A stretch of 64,000 nucleotides of DNA from Daphnia carinata (taxonomy: Eukaryota): NCBI RefSeq assembly GCF_022539665.2, contig NC_081331.1, positions 3,038,001 through 3,102,000 of the forward strand, given 5' to 3'. The position numbers and the translations under genes were made by a program. The notes under the pieces were generated by a model that saw nothing but the letters and a program-made list of their open reading frames with translations, had not been told where the DNA came from and did not search any database. Within the stretch, counting starts at the first letter, position 1. Each line of letters begins with the position of its first letter. Below, one piece after another: positions 13,701 through 27,200 of this stretch.

Positions 13701-16700
13701 AACAAATTAATAAATGACGTGAAAGTAATCGTCCTTGTCATCATTATTATTAACATAGCAAACGCGAAAAAAAAAACGATATACACATCTAGCTGATGTC
13801 ACCTTGTCATGTTGATGAAAAATCAATAGCAGGCCGTCTGTGATAGCAAAAAGGAATTACATTTTTGTTAATACAAAATACGATGTAAGCTGCTGTGCCT
13901 TTCAAAAACGAAGCCCTGCGTTTGCAATTCTATATGGCTTGAGAAAACAATAGATTCGCCTCGTTACACGAATGATCCTCTTCCTATTTCTCATGGCCAA
14001 GCATTGCCAGCATGCGCAAAATGATCAACGCAGATGCACGTGCGGGAAACATCACCTATTCAACAAGACTTGTGGGGCAATCGTTGAAAAAAAACCCACC
14101 GTCACGCTAAAATAAAGATATCGAACTTGCTCAGCTCCCATCTTCCCACTTGATTAATGAACGTATCCGTCCAATCCGTGCGCTGCATATGAGATATTCG
14201 GTATAACTCTTTTGCGCAGTCCGACTCCCCTCCTCGAGGGAACTCGATAAATAACACCAAAGCATTAGCCATTTTTCGGAAAGAAAAAGTCGTTCAAGTG
14301 CGAACAATAAAGATTTATATCATCAATCATTAGAAGCACTACGTGATAGATAGGAAATAAAAATAGGTCGCATTTTTGTTTTGTGTGCCAAAGTTGATAG
14401 CGTCGTGTTTCCATTTAATCATCGCGAACGGTATAAAAGGCACTTGCATTAAAGCATCTAACGGGTCACTTGATCCTTTTATTGTCCGGTTCTCGGAGGC
14501 TGAATCCGAAAACAGAAAAAAAAAGGGGGGAAGAACAACGGGAAACTGACTCAGTTCTTCGCTTCCCGGAGATTAAACGGAGCATGGCACTGTGGGTAAT
14601 CCGGTGGACCGCGAGGACTGGACGGAAAGGAGACAGATAGCCAAACAGAAGCGTATATCCCAACAAACAAAAGAAACCCTAAAATATTACTTTTCGTATT
14701 TTGCTATGTCAATAAACGCATCTACCGTTCGACGAACACGCGAAAGCGATTTAGTGCCGACATCGATTTGGCACGATTTTTTTTTTTTTTTTTTAAATTG
14801 AAATTTAAGTTAACTCAAAATGCGGCACGTAGATATTTTCTTTATGCACAGCTGAAAATTTAAAGGTCGTCTGAACGTCATATCAGTTCTTGTCAGGCAT
14901 GGAGATCTGGCCGTTGCTCCGGATTTCGCTACGTACACATCATCGTTTTCTTCCGCTCTTACGCCGCTCTTCATTTGACGCATAAATTTCTTATTCATGC
15001 TGCTGTTTATGTGACTCCCCAGGAGGGAAAGAAAAACATCAACTGCCAACAGCCCAGAAAATTTGCACACGCTGTGCAGCCGGCTGGACGCGTCGTTCCG
15101 TGAAAAAAAAAAAAGCGACGCATAAAACTACTCCGTCACTCACGTCGGCCCTCCCTACATTCCGACCAAACACGTCGGACGACTCCTCTTTCGACGAATA
15201 CACATTTGCATTCTAAAATGAATGATGCTAGGTTATGTGCGTTGAAATGTCCGCCATATCCCCTCCCCCCTTTCCCACTATTGGGCTGTCGCCCACTCGT
15301 ATTCCATCGCAGCACTGAGTAATAGTAAAGAAATAATGAGCAAGGTGCGCGGTTTCTCACCCTCATTGCCCGCTCAATGCGTTCTTCGAATGTTAGACAT
15401 TATGAATTGTATACAACAAGGAAAGGAATCTTTAATTTTAATACTATCCGAGCAAGGAGACTTTGCACTTTTACTTGTTTAAATATTGGTGGAGTAAATC
15501 CGCTAGTTGAAAGAAAATAGCCAGTTTAAGTGTCTGTTTAAGCTGCACTTACGAATGTGCTCTCGAATATTTAAGACAGTACCCTGCGTCTCCACATTTA
15601 GAAAAATTCATCATTTCGCAGTTTAAGTGCTTTCAAAGTCATCCGGCTTTAAAAGCCAGATTGCGGAATTAGATTTCTTTTCCTGCGTTGTTTTTCCGAC
15701 TACTAGCCCAACTATCCCATTAATTCGATTTCAGAAAGAAAATGTGGTATCGTGTACAATCAGCACGCATGCTATTATCACCGTCGGTTAGCGTGAAAGA
15801 AAAAGGTTTTGGTGTTGTTCAAACCAAAGAATTGCGAACGAACAAATGGAATGGCAAAAGTATTCTTATACTAGTACTAGAAATGTTACAATGTACAGTA
15901 ACAGACCTAATATAACGAGAAATGAAATGAATGAAAAAACAAAGGGCCAAACAACAATAGAAGGACGATATGGTAGTTAAAATAATTTCAGTTACGGTGT
16001 CTGTTAATGAGAAAGATGTGCTAAAAGCGGACGTGTTCACATCGCACAGTCGAATTGCAATGCAACACGAGCATAAACGAGGATGTTACTCTTTGACGTT
16101 TCAAACCCAGGCAATTTGCAACGAACTGTTCACCTACCCAAGGACCATATTCCTAGTTGCTGCACGATGAAAATGAGGAGCGAAAATTGGGACATAACTT
16201 AGACGATCTACTTAACGTGTGTAAGCTGTTATATAACATCAAACACCGAAAAACAGGGAATATGTATGTTAACACACCCTAACTCGATCTGCCCCGTGTG
16301 CAACAGAATCAACCGGCAGCGTGCAGCCACTTCCTTAATTGGCCATCGAGAAAAACGAGACATCTTCTTCCCAAGCTTAATGGCAAAGTCCCGTGCCGGA
16401 CAGGTGATTGATCAACGCTAAGTTGATTACAGGGCTCGGTTAGGAAGAGAAAAAAAAAGAATAAATGAGGAAAAAAAAAGTGGAGGGCAAAAAAATAAAA
16501 AAGATCCAGCGTATATATTGGAACAACGTCTTGGGAACGTGTACACCAAATATAGACGGTCTGCCATCTCCCCCCCCCCCCCCCCCCCCAACCATTTCGT
16601 GTCTTGTATATTTTCGGTGTGTTTCACTCATCTTATTATTATTCTCATTCTTTTTCAGTTTCTCTTTTGGGAATGAGACTGCTTCCGGCTGCTTTGTAAA

Positions 16701-19700
16701 CGTCTATCAAACTAATGTAAGCAACTAACATCAGTGACGTGAACCGTATATTGTTAAAGGTCATTCTATGGAGGTTAAACGCAATGGAATCGAATGAAAA
16801 AGGTTACTAATCTACCCCCTCTATAGCCGGAATGAAAACGGACTACGAGGTGAATAGCAAGTGCGTACGAGCGATGTCAAAATAGCTAAACGTATTTTGA
16901 CGGTGCGTATAAATAAGAGAACAAGTTCGCTCCTCTTGGGGGCACGAGGAATATAAGGCAGTGAATGTGTTTTATCTGTTTGGCTTCGCACGCTATATAA
17001 GAGCTGGGCGAATATAACTATATGAGATTAGGATCAGTCGTTCCTCGCACTTGACAACTAGTGGATACATAGGAAGGAGGAAAAACAAAAGAATGAGGAG
17101 AAATAGATCTGCGCCGTCTAAGTCTTTCCTCTTCGTGTTGACACAAGAAGTTAACCTTGCGAGGAGCGTAATATCGATCGACTATCTTTGCGAGTGAACC
17201 GACTATGCGTCTATTTTCGAATCCAATTGCAATATGTGCACAGTTGACATTGGAATGCATAAAGACGCGCACCAAAGTATAAATAGACAAGTTTGTAAAT
17301 CAAATCCAAGGAGGAGGCGCCGTCAAAATTGAATAGCCGTTCTGCAATATAATATATAATTATTCTGCAAATAATATTAAATATTAGCAGAGGAAGAATA
17401 CGTCTAATGAACCGCATACGCTTATTGGGATCATTCAATATTCATCAAACATTTGAGAACTTATTGGCGTATTCCTTTCGGACTCATCCCCAATAAGTTG
17501 CGATGAGCTAATAAATGGAGAGCAAAAAGAAAAGGTGAATGTCAATCTCGTCGAGTGACTGCATCGTTACATCAAAGAGACGCAATATCGTCGCTATGGT
17601 CTGGCAAAAGAATCCCCACCAAAATAACCTTATCCCTATATGACCAGTTTCCCTTTGGCGAGTCACGGTCAGACATTTCCAGCAAACTGATCACGAAAGT
17701 GGATGTTGTTTTTCCAGCTCGTTGCTACTGCTCCGTTATTCTAGAAAACAAGCCTTTTTCTTCCCTATTTTCGTTCCTTTTTATTAGCGGAGAGCAAGCC
17801 ACGCACTGAAAATAAGAAAAGCGAGGGGGAAAAAGGCAAACATAACCAAACACAAATTAAGAATCTGCTTCAACTGCGTAGCGTACCCGCTAATTATACA
17901 AGAGGCAAATTCTTAACGATAGACTTGAGGGTAACGAAATTTTTTTAAGGAACGTTATAATGAATGGAACCATTTTTGTTTTTCTAAATTGAAATACAAA
18001 AAACGGGAGACAAGGAAAGGAAGAAAACAAAACATAAGAAGCGGGGCATTTTCACATAACAAAAACAAAAGAAGGATAACATTTGAGTCGCACGCATATA
18101 GCCTTTCTCTATGCTCTTATCGCTAGGAGCTTAGACCATAAAGCAAAAGGAGTAAAAAGAACAAAAAAAAAAAAAAAACAAATTACGAATTGCTGTTCCG
18201 TCGTAAAAGAGCATCGACGCACAACAACAACGGCGAAAAAAAATGCGTATCAAGCTCGTAAACAGTAGGGGCTTCGCAACGGTTTTAATTAGCTTCGCCA
18301 ACGCGTATATAAGCAAATCGCGCTGGTGTTATTCAATCCCGAAGGGTACAGCGATTTCATCCTGTCGAACGTATAAAACATTCACGTCTCGAGCCTCATT
18401 GAAGTTTACTTTCTTTCTTGGAACGAACGTCAAATTTTATTATTTTTTAACTTTGAAAAGAGAAAATCTGAAATGGCCTGTTGTTCTCGGCTAGCATACG
18501 CTATATCGAAACGTAGTAAACTTTAGAACGCATGCACACATGATCCGGATCTGCCTGCGGCGCGGCATTCGCATTTTCCTATTGTATGTAGTAGGCACGA
18601 AAAGCAAAATTCATTGTATGGAGCTCATCTAGACCTTAAAGACAATATAGGGTGACTACTTAACGCAGCTTAGATATAGTTTGAAAGTTTGCAGGTCGAT
18701 ATGGCGGCTGCGGAAGAAGACGCGTTCAGATTGTCATGCACCATGTAGGACACACCACAATCTTCCCGTGAAATAATGTAACCGTTCTACGCGAATTGGG
18801 GGTAAAGGATAGGCTTAGCAAAGGGTCCGATAGGTTGTCTATAATTAGTTTGTTTGAGTTAGTAATTCGTGTGACTTCCCAGGGAACAAGAAAGACAATT
18901 AAATCTTCAATTGCCTGTAGTAAAGAGATACATTGGTAACGTGACCGGCACTAGGCCATTCACGAACGACAGAAGAATGCGCTTCTTCTTTAGTCGTTTA
19001 ACCAATGCTTTAAGATTTAATCCAATGCCTTAAGATAATGGAAAACGGTTTATTAATTTGCGCGATTTTCAACTAGGGTTTATGGGACATTCTGCATTCC
19101 TTTTCTTAGAATAATGAATTGTGAGATGCGAGTTGTTGCTTTTATTTTACAAAGGAAATGACAAACAAAGGAAGTTGGTATGCGCGTTTGATGAAAAGTT
19201 TCTTGTAAAGCGTCACTGCTTTCAATTAGGCCTTCAATTTCAAACTTAAAAAGCTTTATAACGCGAGAAAAAAAATGGAAGACAAAAAAAGGGATAACGA
19301 TGAGGGTAACAAGAATTGTACTCAGCACTGTTTGGGGCCAGACATTCAACTGTACATACAGTCTGCCAATTTGCTCTGACTAGACATTCCTGCACGTACT
19401 AATTAGGCCCGTTTCAATTTCAAATTCAACAAAGACGCAATGCGGCCATCATAGTAACTCGTTGAAGAACCTCAAAAGAAAAAAAAAAAAAAAAAAAAAA
19501 AAAAAAGAAAGCCAACTTTCGAAGCTTAATGACCTAACAGAGAGCTCGCTTTCTCCAGCGACCTTTCCGGACATTGGTCATAAACAAAGAACGGGCCGTG
19601 TCATCGTCAAAGTTTTGTATAATAATCTAAGACAATTATTTTACTCTTTCCCTATTCATCTTTGGATGTGCAACTTGCATCATTTTCCACCCTATTCAAG

Positions 19701-22700
19701 TATTCTGTAAAACTGCATAGAGGAAAAAAAAAACAAGCTCAATTATCCTACACTGTCCTTGCTGCCTTCACAGCACCAACATAACAAATGAGAGCATGAA
19801 ACGGGTTGTTGACGTTTCACATTTTCTGAGAAAAAGATTATTAGAAGTGGCTCTACGTTTCTTTTCAACACAATCTAATGCCACTACTTTTAATATTCAA
19901 TTTTTCAAACGAAATACAGCCAATCCAACCCTTGATTCGTTGCCTAAGTGATGGTGATATAGATATATACATTTATTGGGAAATAGGACTTCACTTTTAT
20001 TATTGGCCTAGGGCAATAAACAGCTTAGACCTCTACAGATTCCTCGAATATACAACATGCATAAGACATATGTAATACACTGGAACATGACATGGTTCCC
20101 GTGGCATCGCTGCTATATACAAAAGCTCTAGGCTACCTCCTAGCGGCTACGCGCAGATTGGGAATAGACGTTCGTTATTTCGTTCGTATAGATCTCGTTT
20201 TTCTTTGTATTATAGCCACATAAACATTGTATTTTTACCGGTGATTTTCCCAATTTTCTTTTCGCCACGATCTAACTGTTTCCTAACTCCAATTCTCACA
20301 TAAGTTTTCATACGACGTGGCTGGCGGAGCCACTCTGCATAAAGACTCTCTCTCGGCTTTAAACGAACCGGCCTCTTTCTCCGCGGGTCTGTGTAATATG
20401 GTGTGGTACCGAAGTCCTCGCGCTGGCTTTTGGCCAGCCGGTTTTCACGTCAGGACCGGAATAAATCGCTCCTTCGAGACGTATATATGGCATCAGGGGA
20501 CTGTGTGCGGATGTCCAAAGAACCTGATGGAGCACGCCGAGCTAATCCACTTGGTTGACCGCAATTCGAATAATGAAAATACGAGAAGGAGCAAAGAACA
20601 TGCGGCCAGTGTGTTTATGAACCTTATATTTCTTGCGGTTTACCCCGGCAAAAAAAAAGACGACATTTAAAAGGTTTCGGGGTTTGTCACGTGCAAGCAA
20701 GACAAACAAAAAAAAAAGGGGGTCGCAAATGTCCAGCGTTGACATTGGTGATTGATAATAAAGGCCGTCAAAGTGCAGTCGATAGAGGAACATTAGAAGA
20801 AATCCGGATTAGAAAGGAAACCTTTGTGCCAAAAAACAAGAATGAAGGAACAAGGTCACCAGTTCCCGTTTGTTGGCTGACTCGTGCAGATCAACAAGGG
20901 ACAATGTGACCCGAATGGCTGGATGTACAATATCCAATCGGCCGAATAGAGAAAACAAAGGGAAAGTGACAGCTGGAACTTAATGGAAATTGAAGAGATG
21001 ATAACGCCCAAGAAACACGCAGGAGTCTACTATTGCGCTAAATTTTTTGGCCTACTTCTATTCGATTTTTAACCCATCAAATTGTAGATGTAATTTTTCA
21101 GTTGAATTTGGACTTTTATTCCGCTACTGAGCTTTAATTATGTTTTCTTTAAGTGCTACAAAATAATCCAAAGAGATTGTTACAAAAAGTATGCTCCGAG
21201 CGGACGAGTGAAAATTACTTGAGTACAACCGGCAATTAAGAATAAACTAACGAGAAGCCTTCACATTTCAGACCAATTTAACAAAAAAAAAAAACATTAA
21301 AAGAATAATAAGGTCCAAAGTTGCAGGCGAAACGGACTCTGCCAACGGGCGACGGAAGTCGGGAGTTACAAAAACAAAATAAAAAATGAGCAAAAAAAGA
21401 AAAAAGTATGGATCCAACAACAGATTAAATGAAGCGCAATACAACAGCGTGTGACATAAGTCTTGGATTCTTAATGGATTGTCCTCTGGTAACTGCAAAG
21501 CGCAGGCACATGCCCTTTATATAATCGCAACAACAACAAAAAATATTTAAAAAACCCAGCTGGATTACGAGATAGTTGAGCTCGAACGTCTACCTGCAGC
21601 ATTTTGGCTCTATCACACGTTTCTTTTTAATGCGAAATCGAATCGATTGGTAGGGCAACCGTTCCTCGATTCAAAATAAGGATAGATTTTTTTTCCGGGT
21701 TCTCCGGGTGCCCGGTAACTGGCCACGACCAGTCGTTACGCCGAAACTCAAATATACTCAAACATAAAGCAGAGCAGGAAATTCGACAAATCAAAAACAG
21801 GATCAATTTCCCCAATTTGATTTCCTACGCAAACGTAAAAAATCAGTTACGTTTAAAAAAAAAAAAAAAAGAAATTGTGTTAAAGGTTATCTGTCGAGCT
21901 TATTTTCCTTGACTGTGTTCCCTGTGTTTCTTTTCTCTTAAATCCAATGGTAAAATTGAAGTAAAAACAAAAAGCGGAATACGAAATGTTTCATGTCGAG
22001 CCAAACGGCCCTGAATTGTTAGGATTTGATAACAACAGGAAGAGTTAACCTATTGATTTCATCTTCTCTTCGCAAAGCGGGACGTTGAATTTAGGTTGTC
22101 GTCAAAGAGGAAACCTTTCCGTGTGAACAAAATACAATGCTTGTACGCGTTTAGAATACAACACTGACCTTTTTAAACTCGGAATTTTAGAATAATTGGT
22201 CTACGAACTCGATGAACCCGGTGAAAAAGACGATTTCTTTTCAAAAATTATATGCGGAAGTGCTCAAAATGAACACGCACGTAAACTTTGGGGTTGTACG
22301 GCCTCTCATGGACGACGTGCAATGAACGACAACTGTAATGGACCAGCTCGTTTTGTAAATTATAACCGTATTACGCATATAGCGAGTCTCATCCACCTTC
22401 AGGCTACTCTTTGCTCTTTCAAGTTTGGATCTAACGGATAATTGATTCACAATTGATGAAAATGAATAAATAAAAAGCGGTGCCCATATACGTTGCACGC
22501 ACCAGTCTCCCAATAGTTTACCTCTCGCCCAACTTTTGCTCTTTATTCGCGAGAGACTAACGACTAATGGCTGAGTTTCGCGCTATTATTAGATGATCAG
22601 TCGATGCACATCCGCCCTCCTTATCCATACCACCAAGTAGATGACAGCCATCACGTTTATTTTTTGAGGCGAAGAGTCTCAAAGAACACGGTTGAAATCC

Positions 22701-23234
22701 GAGAACGCAAAACGTCGTGGGCGTTTTCCCGCCGATGCGCTTTGTGTTTTGCTCACGAACCCGTAGCGACCGGGAGAAGAAACACGAGCCAACCAACACA
22801 AAGAGGTTAACAGTTGGCTTTATGTTACAAAAACAAATCGATAATTTTTTTTTTCGTTCACCACTCTATCGACCTGTCGTTTGTTTTGTCGACGCCTTTT
22901 TCCCGATGATCGCGTTGATACTATCGATCGCTAATACCCATGAATGCAAACAAACCAAAGATTTTCCTTTAAAAAAAAAAAAAAAGAAGTACGACCATTA
23001 ATCAGGACAGAGAAATGATATGGTGTGTCAAACTGATGACGGAGCGTTGGTTCCGGTGGCAATAACAAACAACAAATGTGTGAGGAAAAAAAAGGGCGGA
23101 TGATAAATAGAGTACTTACTCGATTTGCTGGCCAGTCCTTGAGCTGAAGACGGGCATGGCATGAACAGCAGTAGCCGCCAAACGGAGAAAAAGAAGAGCT
23201 TCATTAATAGCAGCTTGTTGTGCGAACAGATCAT
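281..23234 (-). CDS. Sidestep-family (nephrin-like) immunoglobulin superfamily cell-surface protein, 5' part: join(23120..23234,7030..7165,281..492); continues beyond the left window edge
   Basis: The three exons have canonical GT-AG sites and matching phases (1,2,1). They splice to MICSHNKLLLMKLFFFSVWRLLLFMPCPSSAQGLASKSN-VPLRNLVVLANSTAELVCDTVPPDRHDEVILVLWFRENVGTPIFS-ADAREVSLSQAGVWFDEDILKKRATFRGRVSEPSILAVSNISLADQSVYRCRVDFREAKSRNSRINLTVI. The LVLWF...PIFS.DAR and YRCRVDF...RN...NLTVI motifs are typical of the Sidestep N-terminal V domain. The specific paralog cannot be assigned. Confidence 0.88.
1382..1436. repeat. Perfect 24-bp inverted repeat with 7-nt loop (intronic hairpin)
   Basis: TGGAAGAAATCGGTTTCCGTGCAC (1382-1405), loop GTGGGGG, then the exact reverse complement (1413-1436). 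Confidence 0.95.
7030..7165 (-). CDS. Sidestep-like gene exon, N-terminal half of the Ig V domain
   Basis: Acceptor CTATACAG, donor AG|GTCAGT; 136 nt, phase 1 to 2. Encodes VPLRNLVVLANSTAELVCDTVPPDRHDEVILVLWFRENVGTPIF with the B-strand Cys and C-strand Trp. Not in the ORF track. Confidence 0.92.
23120..23234 (-). CDS. Sidestep-like gene signal-peptide exon (exon 23120-23240)
   Basis: ATG at 23234, hydrophobic core LLLMKLFFFSVWRLLLF, cleavage-like SSA-QG. Strong donor A|GTAAGT in phase 1 matches the 7165 acceptor; acceptor CTGTATAG at 23242-23241. Confidence 0.72.
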
Positions 23235-23312
23235 CGTTATCTATACAGCAAACAAGATCTTTCGAGGGAAAGAAAGAAGAATAACTGTTGTTTTCGTGAC
23301 TTGTTCACTCAC

Positions 23313-23552
23313 ACGCACACGCACACACGCCACAACACACATACACACCAGTCGTTTTTTATTTCTTCGGCTCAAGTCAAGAAATTGGAAGGGTGGCTAT
23401 TGTTGCCCTCCCTTCATTTGAAGCACGCGGAATAATTTTCTGGGGATGCCGGATGTGTCTGTGATGAAAGCGGCTCTTTAATCCGACATCAACCCGTGAC
23501 GGCAACTGCTGGCGTTGCAAAGTTTCATCATCATCACCGGCCGCCGCCTGTT
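23313..23552 (-). other. Putative 5' UTR exon of the Sidestep-like gene; may supply an in-frame upstream ATG at 23342
   Basis: Acceptor TTTGTCCAG at 23554-23553 and donor GTGAGT at 23312 give a 72-bp intron to 23241. ATG at 23342 reads MCVVACVRVR in phase 0 into ITMICSH. Confidence 0.45.
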
Positions 23553-24214
23553 CTGGACAAATAGACAAAAGCAAATCAAACATGTAATGATGAACGTTAT
23601 AACAACAACAAGAGAAAAAAAAAGATGAAATGAAGCATCTAACAAGAAAACATGATCACACTAACAGAGACAGAACTTTTGATGGTTTCTTTTCTTTTGC
23701 AAAACGAGAGTTTGTGGCTCTGCCTTCGCACTCGGTGCAACGACGATATAATAAGGTTGCAAAGGAAAAAGGCGGAGCGTGCTCTAAACATCATCATGAC
23801 GCACACGCACATTTCACCGGGGCAAGTGTGTAAAGAGTCAAACCGTGTTGTCGTGTCGACTGAAGCGTGACACGAATAATAGATTAGCCATTGCTGCCTC
23901 TGTAGCGAGCTTTACGCGCACATCAGCCATGACACAGGGAAAAATACGTTCACGGTTTGACATGAGAAGAAAATTAAGATTGAAATCGTTGATGATGTTG
24001 GTAGGGGAAAAAAAACAGAAGTCGACTGGACACGTATTACGCATTAGGTATACTGTGTAATACATACGCATAAAAGGATATATTGTTATGATGATGTCTG
24101 GCCCGCCTTAACACTTGACATGGACGTCAAGAAAAAGGAAAAAGATGAAACAAACGAAAGAACGGAAAAAAAGAAAGGAAAGTCCAGCTCGACTGCCGGG
24201 GAATTCGAGTAGTG

Positions 24215-24235
24215 TGCTTAGTAACTGAAAGAACG
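24215..24235 (-). promoter_or_regulatory. Candidate Initiator (TCAGTT) / TSS of the Sidestep-like gene
   Basis: Minus strand TTTCAGTTAC matches the arthropod Inr. A GTATGT donor near 24067 could join this exon to the 23552 acceptor. Motif-only evidence. Confidence 0.25.
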
Positions 24236-27200
24236 TGCCCAGCTTTCTCGAGTAACGAACGAGAGCAAGACACCAAGTCCAGACAAAGAAGCTCCCCACT
24301 GGCAAGAGTAAATTCTAGAAGATAACCTACTAGAATTCCACTAAAAGGATGTACACATACGTGCACATTTATTTCCTAGTATCATTTCAAATGGACATAA
24401 TACACACACATACACACACAGAGATATTGTCTACTCTTCTCCTTTTTCACGGTGTGTGTACGTGTGTAAACTGCTTTCCTTTTTACACGAGTAAGCGACC
24501 TTCTGGTTTCCTGCCTCTTTGGAAACACAACTTCTAGCTGCTTTGTGCTATCGATCTGCGACCAAGTTTGGGAAAGCAAATGCGAAGTCCGAGACGCGTG
24601 GACGGCTTAAACATAAGACAACACTGGCTCTCCCCATGTGTGCTCAATTCTTGTTTTTGTTTGATACAACGTCAAAGAAGACGACATCAAAGAGAAACTT
24701 GGGGTGGAAATAGTGTTGCAGCTTGAGGTCATTGTTGTACTTCGAATCTCACAGTCTTTTTGTCCCTTCTCCATTGGCTTCTTCTGTGTTTCCTATTTTT
24801 TGAGCTTGCACTTTTTTTTTCTGTTAGCGGTGGAAGCGGCCACCATCAAGTCGGTGACCATGACGGATGATCTTCATGTCTTTTTTATCTTTTGTGCCAA
24901 AAAAAAGTAGCCCCCATTGGTGAATCACAATTTCAGGCATCGATCAACGAGCGTCAAACTACGGTTTTTGTTTGGTCGCAATCCTTCTTCTTTATCCCAG
25001 TTCTTGCGTCATCCTATTCGCTTCTCAAGCAAACTCTTTTTCAATTTTGATCGGACGGTTTGGGCAACGTAAGACGACCCTAACTTTTTGCAGTTGATCC
25101 AACTTTGTTTTTTCGTCGAATGCAATTTCCGATAAAGTGGGCAAACAAATTATATTCGTTGTGCTTTTCGTTCGTTTTGTAGAGCTAATAAAAATGTTGA
25201 GGAAACGGTCAGAAATAAAGAAGAGACAACATGAAGGTAAATTTTACGCAAATGCTAATTTCAGGGGAGACTGCACCAACCTAAGAAATTGTGAGTAAAG
25301 CTTTTTTACGATTCAAAAGTTTGGTCTTGGATTTTCAACTAGAAAAGATCCATGGAAACATGCTCCAAACTGTTGATGGCTTTTAGATGAAAAACAAGCA
25401 TCTTCAAAAAAGTTCAACATAGAAAAAAAAATTAAAGGAAGCTAACAACGTTAACTTACGACTTTAGTCATAAACCGTCCATCTCATAAACCACTACAAA
25501 AGTTCTGGCAGCAGGCCCAAACCCAAGACAATTACCTTTTTTTTTCTTTCTGACGTTGTCTAGCATCTGGCACCCCCTACAATTATTGTAAATAAACATG
25601 GCACCGAAAAAACTCGTTTGTCTCCTCACAAGCGATTTGTGACAATCTTCCATGTTTCAATCACTGTACTGGAAATATTAGAGTGAAAAACACAACTGAC
25701 TGAACTATGCACTACCTCTGTCATGAGGTTAACAGCAGACGAACATACTTTGGTATTAAATAGCCCTAGTTTCCTAAACACCCACTAGGAGAAAGTCAAG
25801 AATGCGTGAAATGATTTTTCAATATCACTTGGCAAATGTTGTTGAATATTGTTCTAGAAACATTTCTGACGTCGATGTGAATTTAGAGCCGTACAGAAAA
25901 GAAAATAAACAATCCCTTTGTTCCCTGTCACACCAATCTTTGGTAATCAACTTGATCGAAAAATTAATAACATCAGTCTGTAAAGAAAATACCAGCAGGT
26001 AGGTGGTAACGGAAAAAAACATGATTGGGAAGTTCTTGTAAATCAATATTGAAAAAAAAGTACATTTTGTAAATCAACAATAAATGGGGGACTTGATTTC
26101 ATGGTATTATCATAACAATGGCAATGTCTTTAAATGCAAGTACGTCACTAAGGGACTGGACACAAAGAGGCAAAGTACCGCCGAAGACGGTGGCGACATG
26201 TTCTATTGTACCCAGTCACACAAAAAGGAGAGAAAGAAAAAAAATGTATTAGGAAAGCGGAGCAAATCTGATATCCTAAGGGAAATAAGTTGAGTGTGTG
26301 CACACGGCGCATTGGCAATAGTTGGCCTAACCAATCGAGTAGCCTACATTAAAAAAAAAAAAAAAAAAACTAAATAATTGGGCCGCCTTTGGTCTTTATA
26401 CCATCGTCGTGCTCCCTGAACGGAAACTACACGCGTCTCAATAAAGGTGCCATAGAAATTCGCATTGCCATCGTTTCATACAATTGTGTATTGTATAGTA
26501 CTTTAACTGCCACACCATTTTAACCTTGTAATGTAATAGCTAAAGAAAAACGAGTTTTTTAATCCACCACTGAAAAGCCAGTGGACGAAAATCATTTCCC
26601 AACTGTATTTCTCAGTTGAATACTTTATCACTTATCGCAGCAAGATTGCGCTTGTGTAACCGATGAATCAGCAAGCAACGTTTGTTCTGATCAATGTACT
26701 TATTTATTTACTCAATTGGTACGCAGACGGGCTGCCACACACCCCCTGTCGAGTCCCGCAACGATTGCAAGTGTCGCCCAATTAACGTTTCCTCTAGCAA
26801 GGAGGAACGTCAGTAAAGCATACCAAGTGGAAGCGGATGGCCGGAAGAGGTAACGGACAGCAAGGAACTAAAGATTTTTAATATCAATGTTATACGTGGT
26901 ATATATATAGCTCAAGTCTAATCTCTCCCATGCTATTTGGTATGGCAACACAAGTTCGTGCATCACGTGTACTTGCAGAGCAAACCCATTAGCAATCAAA
27001 AAGGCATTCATAATAAATAATTGAATAGCGCGTTATGGGCTTGCATACGCAATCGGGCCCTATTAGCTTCGACATTGGAAAACGCTGGTCGCTGTTTAGA
27101 TGTGCAACAACTCATCTTGAACGACATTTTGCTGGAAATGTAATCCCGATGAGGACTGGGTGAACGAACAGATGGAGGGGAACAAAATTCAAATTGCGGT

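Noticed and set aside
19001..19036. Short tandem duplication CCAATGCYTTAAGAT x2 (similarly TTCGGCAGGAC x2 near 12731-12765)
   Set aside because: Only two copies; ordinary slippage duplications, not CRISPR or satellite arrays.
20317..20670. 117-aa ORF in a GC-richer patch
   Set aside because: GTG start, no recognisable similarity and no convincing exon boundaries.
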